Shown: positions 1 through 7,332 of the stretch, one piece after another
Numbering within the stretch: position 1 is the first letter of the stretch
How the letters are laid out: the number at the start of each line of letters is the position of its first letter
Assembly (NCBI GenBank): GCA_964354005.1
Contig: CAYGYD010000003.1
Coordinates: 1-35,849, forward strand
Source of the DNA: an uncultured Dehalococcoidales bacterium
GTDB taxonomy: Bacteria > Chloroflexota > Dehalococcoidia > Dehalococcoidales > UBA2162
Direction of reading: 5' to 3'
Length of the DNA: 35,849 bases
Translations under genes and position numbers: made by a program
The notes under the pieces: generated by a model
Seen by the model: only the letters and a program-made list of their open reading frames with translations
The model's database searches: none
Told to the model about the DNA's origin: nothing

Positions 1-217
1 CCCGGTGGCCATTACGGTAGCCGCGGATGTTACCCTGGCTACGCTCATAGGGCCGACGCTTGAGAACGTCGGTCACCTCTTCCTCCAGGGCTACGGTTAA
101 CAGCAGCCTTGCCCCCTCCCGGGCGAACAGCTCCAGCGGTTGGCCGGCAAGCTCTTCCAGCGATAGTCCCAGCTCTGACATGGTCAATTCCTGTCCCTTG
201 TGGTATCCTTTCTTCAT
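1..217 (-). mobile_element. IS256-family (mutator-type) transposase, N-terminal 72 codons; gene runs off the left edge
   Basis: Not in the ORF track because there is no stop in the window. Reverse-strand translation from ATG at 217 gives MKKGYHKGQELTMSELGLSLEELAGQPLELFAREGARLLLTVALEEEVTDVLKRRPYERSQGNIRGYRNGHR. The REGAR..ALEEEV..YER..RGYRNG pattern is the typical IS256 transposase N-terminus. GGAGG (227-231, reverse strand) lies 9 nt upstream. Confidence 0.75.
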
Positions 218-409
218 CGGGCATATCCTCCCTTTCTTTTAGTTGGCTTTCCTCTAGGGTAGGACATGCCGATTCCTTTTTCCACCACATTCGGGACACT
301 ACCTATGACTTATTGTCAAACGGAGGCGTGGTGTGATCACACAAAAGTCAGTTTTGTTCAACCACGATTTGGCGCACAACCCAGAGCGCCATTTTGTTAA
401 ACTCTAACC

Positions 410-438
410 TTGACATTCCCTCTGGCCGTTGTTAGAAT
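410..438 (+). promoter_or_regulatory. sigma70-like promoter of the TA/RM operon (TTGACA-17-TAGAAT)
   Basis: TTGACA at 410-415, a 17-nt spacer, then TAGAAT at 433-438. A perfect palindrome ATACGTAT (443-450) and a GTATGGA/GTATGCA direct repeat (447-453, 459-465) lie just downstream and could be an RHH operator. AGGAGG at 474-479 precedes ATG 487. Confidence 0.6.
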
Positions 439-486
439 ACTTATACGTATGGATGGAAGTATGCACGGCTAATAGGAGGATGTGGC

Positions 487-762
487 ATGAAAAGAAAGGT
501 GACCTTAGTGTTTCACGACGAGGATCTCTACACACAGTTAAAAATAGAGGCGGTTAGAAGGCGTACAACAGCGAGTGACATCGTAGCTGACGCGGTACGG
601 GAATGGTTGGAAAGCCATGAAGACGCTGAACTGGTGCCTGCTATTGAAGCTGCGAGGACCGAATGGAAGGAAAAGGGCGGTCGTCCCTGGTCTGAAGCTG
701 AACGGGAAATAGAGGAATCAATAGACCGCCGCGAAGGAGCATCTGAGGCAAAGCGTGTATAG
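487..762 (+). CDS. ribbon-helix-helix (CopG/RHH) type II antitoxin
   Basis: 91 aa. The N-terminal KVTLVFHDEDLYTQLKIEAVRRRTTASDIVADAVREWL has the beta-strand plus two-helix RHH pattern, and the tail is acidic. It overlaps the downstream toxin gene by 8 nt and has a strong SD. Confidence 0.8.
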   Translation: MKRKVTLVFHDEDLYTQLKIEAVRRRTTASDIVADAVREWLESHEDAELVPAIEAARTEWKEKGGRPWSEAEREIEESIDRREGASEAKRV

Positions 763-1027
763 ACTCGAGGTTTCACCGGCTGCCGACCGCGACTTAGAAA
801 AGCTCAAAGGCCGAATCAGAAGGCAGGACTTTGAGCGATTACGAGACGCCGTTAGGAGCTTGGCCGAGGAACCTCGCGCTCAAGGGGTTAGAAAGATAAA
901 GGGAGCGGAGAAGGCTTACCGCATCAGGGTGGGTAGTTACCGGGTGGTTTATGAGGTCTATGACAACGACAATTTGGTATTGATTCTGCAAGTGGCGCGC
1001 AGGAGCGAGACAACCTACCGCCAGTAG
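755..1027 (+). CDS. RelE/ParE-family type II toxin
   Basis: 90 aa with a GTG start. MYRLEVSPAADRDLEKL...RIRVGSYRVVYEVYDNDNLVLILQVARRSETY matches the RelE/ParE consensus (..A..dL..l, yRiRvGdYRviY, v.hR.e.Y). Confidence 0.85.
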   Translation: MYRLEVSPAADRDLEKLKGRIRRQDFERLRDAVRSLAEEPRAQGVRKIKGAEKAYRIRVGSYRVVYEVYDNDNLVLILQVARRSETTYRQ

Positions 1028-1035
1028 GACGGGTA

Positions 1036-4000
1036 ATGAGAGATGAGTTAAAGTCCATTCAAAACTATATACACACCATCGAGAAAAAGCTGGCGTTGGG
1101 TGATGCCACTGAACATACCCATCGTTCCGCGCTAGAAACAATGGTGGAAAGCCTGGCTGAGGGTATCACTGCTACCAACGAACCGAAACATATTGAGTGC
1201 GGCGCTCCTGATTTCATCCTCAGAAAAGGCTCAGTCACCGCTGGCTATATTGAGGCTAAGGACATCGGCAAGAGCCTTGATGAAGCGGAAAATACGGACC
1301 AACTCAAGCGCTACCGCGATTCACTCACTAACCTGATTCTTACCGATTACCTTGAGTTCCGCTGGTACGTGGATGGAGGAAAGCGTTTGTCTGCCCGCCT
1401 AGGGAGTCCGAGCAAAGACGGTAAAATCAGGCGGGACAAAGACGGCATTCAGGCTGTAGCCGAACTCTTAACAGCTTTTCTCTCTCACAAAGCCGAGGGC
1501 GTGGGTACACCCAGGGAGCTTGCCCGGCGTATGGCCCGGCAGGCACACCTGATTCGAAATCTCATCATTAACGCCTTTAAGAACGAGCCAGAAGGTGGCA
1601 GTCTGCACACCCAACTTGCTGCTTTTCGTGATAATCTCATCCCCGACCTGTCGGCCGAGTATTTTGCCGATATGTATGCCCAGACCATCGCCTACGGGCT
1701 GTTTGCCGCCCGCTGCACCTCCAAGAATGGCGCCTCCTTTACCCGCCTCGATGCCGCCCAAAACCTGCCCAGGACTAACCCATTCCTGAGAAAACTGTTC
1801 CAGTACATCGCCGGCTACGACCTCGATGACCGCATTGCCTGGCTGGTGGACGACCTGGCGCAGGTATTGGCCCAGGCGGATATGGAGGCGGTCCTGAAAG
1901 ACTTCGGCAAGCACAGCGGCAAAGAAGACCCGGTGGTGCACTTCTATGAGACCTTCCTGAAGGAATACGACGAGAAGATAAGGGAAATGCGCGGTGTCTA
2001 CTACACGCCGGAGCCGGTGGTCAGTTACATTGTGCGCTCTATCGACCACCTGCTGAAGACACGCTTTGGCAAACCACAGGGGCTGGCTGATGATAATACC
2101 CTCATCCTCGACCCGGCCACCGGCACGGCTACCTTCCTCTACATGGTCATAAATGAGATTTACCAGGCTAACATTAGCAAGGGACAGCAGGGCACATGGA
2201 ACGAGTATGTAAAGGATAAGCTCCTGCCCCGCATCTTCGGGTTTGAGCTGCTGATGGCCCCCTACGCCGTCGCTCATCTGAAGCTGGGGCTGCTGCTGCA
2301 AGAGACCGGCTACGAGTTCCAGAGTGACGAGCGTCTGGGCATCTACCTGACTAACACGCTGGATGAGGCTTTCAAACACTCCGAAACACTCTTCGCCCGG
2401 TGGATAAGCGAGGAAGCCAACGCCGCCGCCGAGATTAAGAAGGAAAAGTCGATCATGGTGGTGCTGGGCAATCCGCCATATTCAGGAATTTCAGCTAATG
2501 CTAGTGTTCAGATGGTTACAGACCCGAAAACTGGTAAGACCAAGAAAGAGTTAACATGGATTGGCAAACTTATTGAAGACTATAAGGTGATAGACGGCCA
2601 TCCATTGGGCGAACGTAAGCACTGGCTGCAGGATGATTATGTGAAATTCATCCGTTTCGGGCAATGGCGTATTGAACGCACTGGACAGGGCGTTCTCGCT
2701 TTTATTACCAACCACGGTTATCTCGATAATCCTACATTTCGAGGCATGCGGCAATCTCTACTAAATACCTTCACTGATATCTATATACTTAATCTTCATG
2801 GGAATGTGAAGAAAAAGGAAGTCGCCCCGGATGGTGATAAAGACACCAATGTCTTTGATATACAGCAAGGTGTAGCTATCGGCATTTTTATTAAAGAAGC
2901 TGGCAAGGAGCCATCCGGCAAAATACATTACGCTGACCTCTGGGGACTTCGAGAAGGGAAATACCAAGCTCTTTTCGAGACAGACGTTAATGATACCGAG
3001 TGGACGGAGCTTACTCCTACGTCTCCATTCTACTTCTTTTATCCCTATGAAGAGAAGCTGAAGCCTGAATATGATAAAGGTTGGAAGATAACAGATATAT
3101 TCCCGCTCAATTCTACCGGAATAGTTTCTGCTAGAGATGATTTCGTAATTGATTTTGAACCAAGCCCGATTAAGAAGCGTATAGAGATATTCTTGGATAA
3201 AAATCTAAGCGATGTCGAGGTAAAAGAGAAACTCTCATTATCAGAGAATTATGCCTGGCGTGTCTCAGAAGCCAGAAAGCAGCTATTGGTAGTTAAAGAA
3301 TGGGAATCACTTTTCAATAGAATTTTGTACCGTCCCTTTGACATCCGTTCAATTTACTACCACCCATCGGTGGTATGGCGTACCCGGTCCAATGTTATAC
3401 GCCATATGCTGGCAGGAGAGAATCTTGGACTTATAGCGATGCGCGAAGTAGCATTGGGTGAGTCGTATACCCACTTTGGTGTTAGCCGGTTTATGGTGGA
3501 TAATCGAGCGTTTTACAGCAATAAAGGTATTCAATATCTTTTCCCCCTCTACCTCTATCCTACCGAAGGCGAGATGCAGTTTGATGACGGAAAACGTCGC
3601 CCCAACCTGAGCCCGGAGTTCGTCAAAGCCGTTTCTGAAAAGCTGGAGCTAACATTCGTTGAGGACGGCAGAGGAGACCTTGAGCAGACCTTTGGCCCGG
3701 AGGATATATTCCACTATGCGTATTCCGTCTTTCACTCACCCACCTACCGCACCCGCTACGCTGAGTTCCTCAAGATAGACTTCCCGCGCCTGCCGCTGAC
3801 CTCGGACAAAGAGCTTTTCAAGGCGCTGGCAGCAAAGGGCGCTGAGCTGGTATCCCTGCACCTCATGGAATCGCCCCTGCTCAATAATCTCATAACCAGG
3901 TATCCCATAGCCGGCGATAACACCGTGGATAAGGTAAGCTACGATGACAGTGACAAGCGTATCTACATCAACAAAACGCAGTATTTTGAGGGCGTGCCGC

Positions 4001-4185
4001 CGGAGGTCTGGAACTTCCACATCGGCGGCTATCAGGTCTGCCAGAAATGGCTCAAAGACCGCAAGGGCAGGACACTGACCTATGATGAGCTGACCCACTA
4101 CCAGAAGGTAATCGTGGCGCTGGATGAAACTATCCGGCTGATGGGAGAAATAGACGACCTGATTCCGGGGTGGCCGGTGGGGTAG
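1036..4185 (+). CDS. single-polypeptide Type IIG / Type ISP-like restriction-modification enzyme (N-terminal PD-ExK nuclease, gamma-class N6-adenine methyltransferase, C-terminal Type-ISP-type domain)
   Basis: 1049 aa. The nuclease-like motif is GAPDFILRK...GYIEAKD. The MTase motifs are FYETFL, GVYYTPEPVV, ILDPATGTATFL (motif I) and VLGNPPYSG (motif IV). The C-terminal block YFEGVPPEVWNFHIGGYQVCQKWLKDRKGRTLTYDEL is characteristic of the Type ISP/IIG C-terminal domain. It starts 8 nt after the toxin stop. Confidence 0.85.
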   Translation: MRDELKSIQNYIHTIEKKLALGDATEHTHRSALETMVESLAEGITATNEPKHIECGAPDFILRKGSVTAGYIEAKDIGKSLDEAENTDQLKRYRDSLTNLILTDYLEFRWYVDGGKRLSARLGSPSKDGKIRRDKDGIQAVAELLTAFLSHKAEGVGTPRELARRMARQAHLIRNLIINAFKNEPEGGSLHTQLAAFRDNLIPDLSAEYFADMYAQTIAYGLFAARCTSKNGASFTRLDAAQNLPRTNPFLRKLFQYIAGYDLDDRIAWLVDDLAQVLAQADMEAVLKDFGKHSGKEDPVVHFYETFLKEYDEKIREMRGVYYTPEPVVSYIVRSIDHLLKTRFGKPQGLADDNTLILDPATGTATFLYMVINEIYQANISKGQQGTWNEYVKDKLLPRIFGFELLMAPYAVAHLKLGLLLQETGYEFQSDERLGIYLTNTLDEAFKHSETLFARWISEEANAAAEIKKEKSIMVVLGNPPYSGISANASVQMVTDPKTGKTKKELTWIGKLIEDYKVIDGHPLGERKHWLQDDYVKFIRFGQWRIERTGQGVLAFITNHGYLDNPTFRGMRQSLLNTFTDIYILNLHGNVKKKEVAPDGDKDTNVFDIQQGVAIGIFIKEAGKEPSGKIHYADLWGLREGKYQALFETDVNDTEWTELTPTSPFYFFYPYEEKLKPEYDKGWKITDIFPLNSTGIVSARDDFVIDFEPSPIKKRIEIFLDKNLSDVEVKEKLSLSENYAWRVSEARKQLLVVKEWESLFNRILYRPFDIRSIYYHPSVVWRTRSNVIRHMLAGENLGLIAMREVALGESYTHFGVSRFMVDNRAFYSNKGIQYLFPLYLYPTEGEMQFDDGKRRPNLSPEFVKAVSEKLELTFVEDGRGDLEQTFGPEDIFHYAYSVFHSPTYRTRYAEFLKIDFPRLPLTSDKELFKALAAKGAELVSLHLMESPLLNNLITRYPIAGDNTVDKVSYDDSDKRIYINKTQYFEGVPPEVWNFHIGGYQVCQKWLKDRKGRTLTYDELTHYQKVIVALDETIRLMGEIDDLIPGWPVG

Positions 4186-4188
4186 GAT

Positions 4189-4941
4189 ATGGAAGCGGAA
4201 ATTAGGTCGTTTGATATAAAGAAATTGCCTTACACCGCGCGTTTTGGGCTTGGCTCTACAGAGCCTATTAAGAGGTGGGCAAGATTTACACTGATGGAGA
4301 GCGGTGATCTCTACTGGACTCGTGCGATTCATGTACGTAAAGATGTAGATGGGACCAACATGCATATCTCTGTTCACCATAGTGGTGAAATATACTCTTC
4401 ACGGTATGTTGGGAGTGGAGATGAACATAAAAAGGTTCATTCTCGCAAAGTAGGCAATATAGGCGGTCCGTTTAGAGGCATAACAGTTCCACACCAGATG
4501 GAAAGTGGGAATGAACTTCTTGAACCCGGCTATCTCTACCATGGCTTACCCACATTGACGGACAAAGCCAAGAAGGCAGATACACAAAATAAGTTCGTTG
4601 CCTGCCTTGATGAGCGGCTGGTCAACTCAAGACTGTATTATTCCCTCGATCTTGTATCCTGGACAGGCGAAGACGAGATAACCGCCTATCTGATGACTGG
4701 ACGGAATCAGTTTTTCGCTGAGAATGACCCGCGCTGTCATGCGTTCATCTTTTGCTGGGAACGTGTGTCAATCGTTGTTATCATGAGATTCACAGATGGG
4801 GATAGTCCGATTGATATTCAGAAAGTAACTGAAGCTGGCCAAAATGCTCATCCACTTAAGCGATTTTTCCACCATGAGACTCTCAATCTATCAGAATCAG
4901 TCTCGCTTAAGGTTGACCACAGGAGGCAGCCATGGGGGTAA
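4189..4941 (+). CDS. hypothetical protein, no recognisable family; probably translationally coupled to the RM gene
   Basis: A 250-aa ORF whose ATG lies 3 nt after the RM stop (TAG 4183-4185). G+C is about 43% against about 60% in the RM 3' end. I can name no motifs. Confidence 0.6.
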   Translation: MEAEIRSFDIKKLPYTARFGLGSTEPIKRWARFTLMESGDLYWTRAIHVRKDVDGTNMHISVHHSGEIYSSRYVGSGDEHKKVHSRKVGNIGGPFRGITVPHQMESGNELLEPGYLYHGLPTLTDKAKKADTQNKFVACLDERLVNSRLYYSLDLVSWTGEDEITAYLMTGRNQFFAENDPRCHAFIFCWERVSIVVIMRFTDGDSPIDIQKVTEAGQNAHPLKRFFHHETLNLSESVSLKVDHRRQPWG

Positions 4942-5009
4942 CATGCCCCAGCTGCGGGTTTGAAGACGAGGGTAATTTCCGTAGCCCCTGCCAAGGATGT
5001 CAACGCTGA
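4932..5009 (+). CDS. possible 25-aa zinc-ribbon micro-ORF (MGVTCPSCGFEDEGNFRSPCQGCQR)
   Basis: A perfect AGGAGG (4921-4926) lies 5 nt before ATG 4932. The peptide has a CxxC-x12-CxxC arrangement. It overlaps the stop of the 250-aa ORF by 10 nt and is too short for the ORF track. It could instead be the remnant of a longer zinc-ribbon gene. Confidence 0.3.
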   Translation: MGVTCPSCGFEDEGNFRSPCQGCQR

Positions 5010-5069
5010 CATACGATTCTGTTCATTTGGAATCAATCCATGGCCAGCCTCACCATTGGCCACCGACCA

Positions 5070-5094
5070 TTGCACATTCCGTCAGAATGTGCAA
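5070..5094. terminator. hairpin between convergent genes (TTGCACATTC-5-GAATGTGCAA)
   Basis: A perfect 10-bp inverted repeat with a 5-nt loop sits in the 5010-5188 gap between the plus-strand RM operon and the minus-strand 381-aa gene. There is no clear U-tract on either side. Confidence 0.4.
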
Positions 5095-5188
5095 GCTACT
5101 CGCATTGGGTAATGAAGATGCATCTTTGAAGGTGCCCTAACAATCCGTTACCCTAAAGAGATACTGAGGGAAACCCTGGCCCAAATGC

Positions 5189-6334
5189 TTATCTGGTGGC
5201 AGGTGCACTGCTGCAAAGACCAGCGCCGGCGGCATTAATAACTGGACACTCCTGTTCTTCACAGCTTCGTCTGTACCCGGTCATTATCAGTAGCACGGAG
5301 CACAGCTTAACTGGCCCAGGTTTTGCGCAAAAGTCAACAGCTTTATTGCCCCCGAATATGCATATATCACAAAGGTCTTTGTCACACATTCTAGAGGCGA
5401 AATCGAATGATACATCGAGTTGTTCCGGGTAAAATTCTGTTCCCAGGTCGGCAGCCCTGATTGCTTCGTAAATTCTGCGCGCCAACGTGGGGGAGTTAAC
5501 CAAACGTTTTGCGCCGGGTTTCCGCGTCTGAATCCCGGCTCCTTCAGCGAGAGGGTACAGAAGTCTGCCAGTAAAAACATCATTCCAAATATCACCTGGA
5601 AGCTCTAGCTGTGAAAGCTCAAAGTTTTGCGCAGGCCAAGGGAAGGTTTCCTCAATGCACTTGCGGAGCCCCTTATGCTTTAGATAATCCCGCAGAGCTG
5701 CCCATAACCTTTTTTGCCCCCCACTCGTTGTGGTATTCTTCCATCTTTGGAAATGGGCGTCCAATTTCTCCTTGTTATTGAGGCTCAAGAGATGCTTCGC
5801 ATCTTCCTTGGGGTAATCCTTCGGATTTACGTACGTCAAAATGTACAGTGCGTGGGCTAATCGCCTTAGAGCTTCTGGGGCATCGACATAGCGCTCAATA
5901 AAGAATTTCATAAATTCCACTAAACTCCCGTTATAGTCAACCAGCAATTCCAGGGTCCGACCAATTTGGTTGTACTGCCATTTATACCGTGGCGTGAATT
6001 CCAATTGAGTACCGGTGATAACCAGAGTTGGTACCTTAGGCAGTGGAGGCAACGGCTTCCCATAGTAGTCGGAAAGTAAATCCGAGGGGTGCGCTCCTGC
6101 GGTATAGTCACCGACAATCTTGGCAAACACCGGAAGTCCCTTTGTCCAAACTGTCCTCGCTGGCATCCGCATATCTGTAACGTATGTGACCCAGTGCGCC
6201 AATACCTTTTGGGCTGATGCAAGATTCTTGGGTCCTTCCTCTTGCCAGCCTTCCCACCACTCACCAGTTGCCCACCTGGCCTGGTCAAGCCAAGAAACAA
6301 CCCCTGCAAACCGTTCAAGTTCTTGCATATTCAT
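5189..6334 (-). CDS. hypothetical Cys-rich protein (381 aa); possible Fe-S or Zn protein, weakly reminiscent of the DUF2400/TIGR02757 and HhH-type fold
   Basis: The track ORF was trimmed to MNMQELERF (ATG 6334), which is preceded by GGAAAGGAGA. Seven Cys lie in the last 60 or so residues (MCDKDLCDICIFGGNKAVDFCAKPGPVKLCSVLLIMTGYRRSCEEQECP). The loose pattern KRLWAALRDYLKHK .. LELPGDIWNDV .. DVSFDFASRMC resembles DUF2400-like proteins, but this rests on memory only. Confidence 0.55.
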   Translation of the reverse strand: MNMQELERFAGVVSWLDQARWATGEWWEGWQEEGPKNLASAQKVLAHWVTYVTDMRMPARTVWTKGLPVFAKIVGDYTAGAHPSDLLSDYYGKPLPPLPKVPTLVITGTQLEFTPRYKWQYNQIGRTLELLVDYNGSLVEFMKFFIERYVDAPEALRRLAHALYILTYVNPKDYPKEDAKHLLSLNNKEKLDAHFQRWKNTTTSGGQKRLWAALRDYLKHKGLRKCIEETFPWPAQNFELSQLELPGDIWNDVFTGRLLYPLAEGAGIQTRKPGAKRLVNSPTLARRIYEAIRAADLGTEFYPEQLDVSFDFASRMCDKDLCDICIFGGNKAVDFCAKPGPVKLCSVLLIMTGYRRSCEEQECPVINAAGAGLCSSAPATR

Positions 6335-6535
6335 TCTCCTTTCCTGTCTAAAAAAGCCTAAGCACAGTATATCTCGCTTGCGAATTGAGATACAAGAAAT
6401 TAGCCGTTTTAGGAGAACCGTAATCCAACGAAAAGCCATAATGTTTCCTGCATTCCTGCGAACGGTTCTAGCCTTACCGTGTGGGATTCTTTTGTTGAAA
6501 CAAAATCAAGCCGTTGACGAATATTTTTTCAAGAT

Positions 6536-7015
6536 TTAACCGGCGAAACTAGAGCGCATTTTAATCCCCCAGTGGTTATCTTGTCGTGTCATTATCCAAA
6601 TAGAAGGGAATGTGCCAATTTTGCTGCCGTCAACTCTGTATCTGGAAAATGTTACCATCAGATGGACCTTGTTCTCAATGCTTTGAATCACCACGCGGGA
6701 ATCCCAGCAGCTATGGTTCCAACCGTAACGTTGGCGGAAATCGGTGAAGAAATTGGGTGGTGACAGGCTGTCGGCTTTTTCACTGACTACCAAAACACCG
6801 TTGGCACCCACCCGGGCATGTGGAAAGTTAATAAAACTATTGGTTTTGGTAACGTTAGCCTCATTAAATGCGTCCATATAGGCGATAGCGGCTTTGACTG
6901 CTTTCTCCTCCGGTTCATTGTTAACGACTGTTATAACCTGATATCCCTCTGAAGTTTTGGTTATTTTTTCGATGGTCATTACCTGTTTCGGATATTGGTT
7001 TTTAGGCTGTGTCAT
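6536..7015 (-). CDS. NTF2-like/SnoaL-like fold protein (hypothetical)
   Basis: 159 aa. AIAYMDAFNE...HLMVTFSRYRVDGSKIGTFPSIWIMTRQDNHWGIKMRSSF has the alpha+beta cone pattern typical of SnoaL/DUF4440-type proteins. AAGGGGAA lies upstream of ATG 7015. Confidence 0.5.
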   Translation of the reverse strand: MTQPKNQYPKQVMTIEKITKTSEGYQVITVVNNEPEEKAVKAAIAYMDAFNEANVTKTNSFINFPHARVGANGVLVVSEKADSLSPPNFFTDFRQRYGWNHSCWDSRVVIQSIENKVHLMVTFSRYRVDGSKIGTFPSIWIMTRQDNHWGIKMRSSFAG

Positions 7016-7094
7016 TTACGTTCCCCTTTTTTGCCAGATAATAGTAGCTTCAATATCGGATGCCGATGAACTTTTTCCCGACGCTCTATTCTAA

Positions 7095-7132
7095 TGCTAA
7101 TATAATATCTTTTCTGCTAATAATTTGCTAAT
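7095..7132. repeat. three direct copies of TGCTAAT in an AT-rich upstream region
   Basis: TGCTAAT occurs at 7095-7101, 7115-7121 and 7126-7132, upstream of the NTF2-like gene. On the reverse strand, TTAGCA-18-TATTAT is a possible promoter. Confidence 0.4.
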
Positions 7133-7251
7133 GGACAGGATGGGACGGGGGGACACCAGTTGACACGCCGCGCTCGAAAAAGGATATGGTGGATAAACGC
7201 AATAACACTGGTTTGAACGCGAAAGCACCCGATGGAACGACCAGCCACAGA

Positions 7252-7290
7252 TTAGGAAACCGCTGCTCTATCCACCTGAGCTACAGGGGC
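7252..7290 (-). pseudogene. tRNA-Arg(CCU) 5' half (acceptor 5' strand, D-arm, anticodon stem 5' strand and loop); 3' half absent
   Basis: The reverse strand reads GCCCCTG-TA-GCTC-AGGTGGATA-GAGC-A-GCGGT-TTCCTAA. This is a canonical cloverleaf through the anticodon loop (U33, CCU, A37). The sequence that follows, TCTGTGGCTGG..., cannot pair with GCGGT. No T-arm or CAGGGGC acceptor strand follows before the next gene. Confidence 0.7.
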
Positions 7291-7332
7291 ATATCGGGCG
7301 AAGCTGAGCACCCAGCTTTCTTTCGCAGAATA

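Noticed and set aside
45-336. Track ORFs 45-299(-), 60-242(+) and 109-336(+)
   Set aside because: These are wrong frames or strands. The reverse frame starting at 217 gives a clean IS256 transposase N-terminus, whereas these give low-complexity Arg/Gly/Ser-rich peptides.
1468-2379. 303-aa minus-strand ORF inside the RM gene (also 3736-4380, 214 aa)
   Set aside because: They lie antisense to a gene with clear MTase and nuclease motifs. High-GC antisense frames commonly stay open. No motifs or SD are present.
1036-4185. BREX PglX or DISARM methyltransferase instead of Type IIG RM
   Set aside because: No BrxC/PglZ/BrxL or DrmA/B-like neighbours are in the window. The protein has its own N-terminal PD-ExK-like motif and a Type-ISP-like C-terminal block, which fits a self-contained enzyme.
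5189-6439. N-terminal 35-codon extension of the Cys-rich orphan (416-aa version)
   Set aside because: The extension (MAFRWITVLLKRLISCISIRKRDILCLGFFRQERR) has no SD. The internal ATG at 6334 is preceded by GGAAAGGAGA at proper spacing.
7016-7251. Intron-containing tRNA-Arg(CCU) (group I intron in the anticodon loop), which would explain the missing 3' half
   Set aside because: I looked for ACCGC, a T-arm and CAGGGGC (plus-strand GCCCCTG...GCGGT) between the tRNA stump and the next gene and found none. A GGTCGT match to a typical variable loop is too short to count. It is treated as a truncated tRNA, pending a tRNA-finder run.
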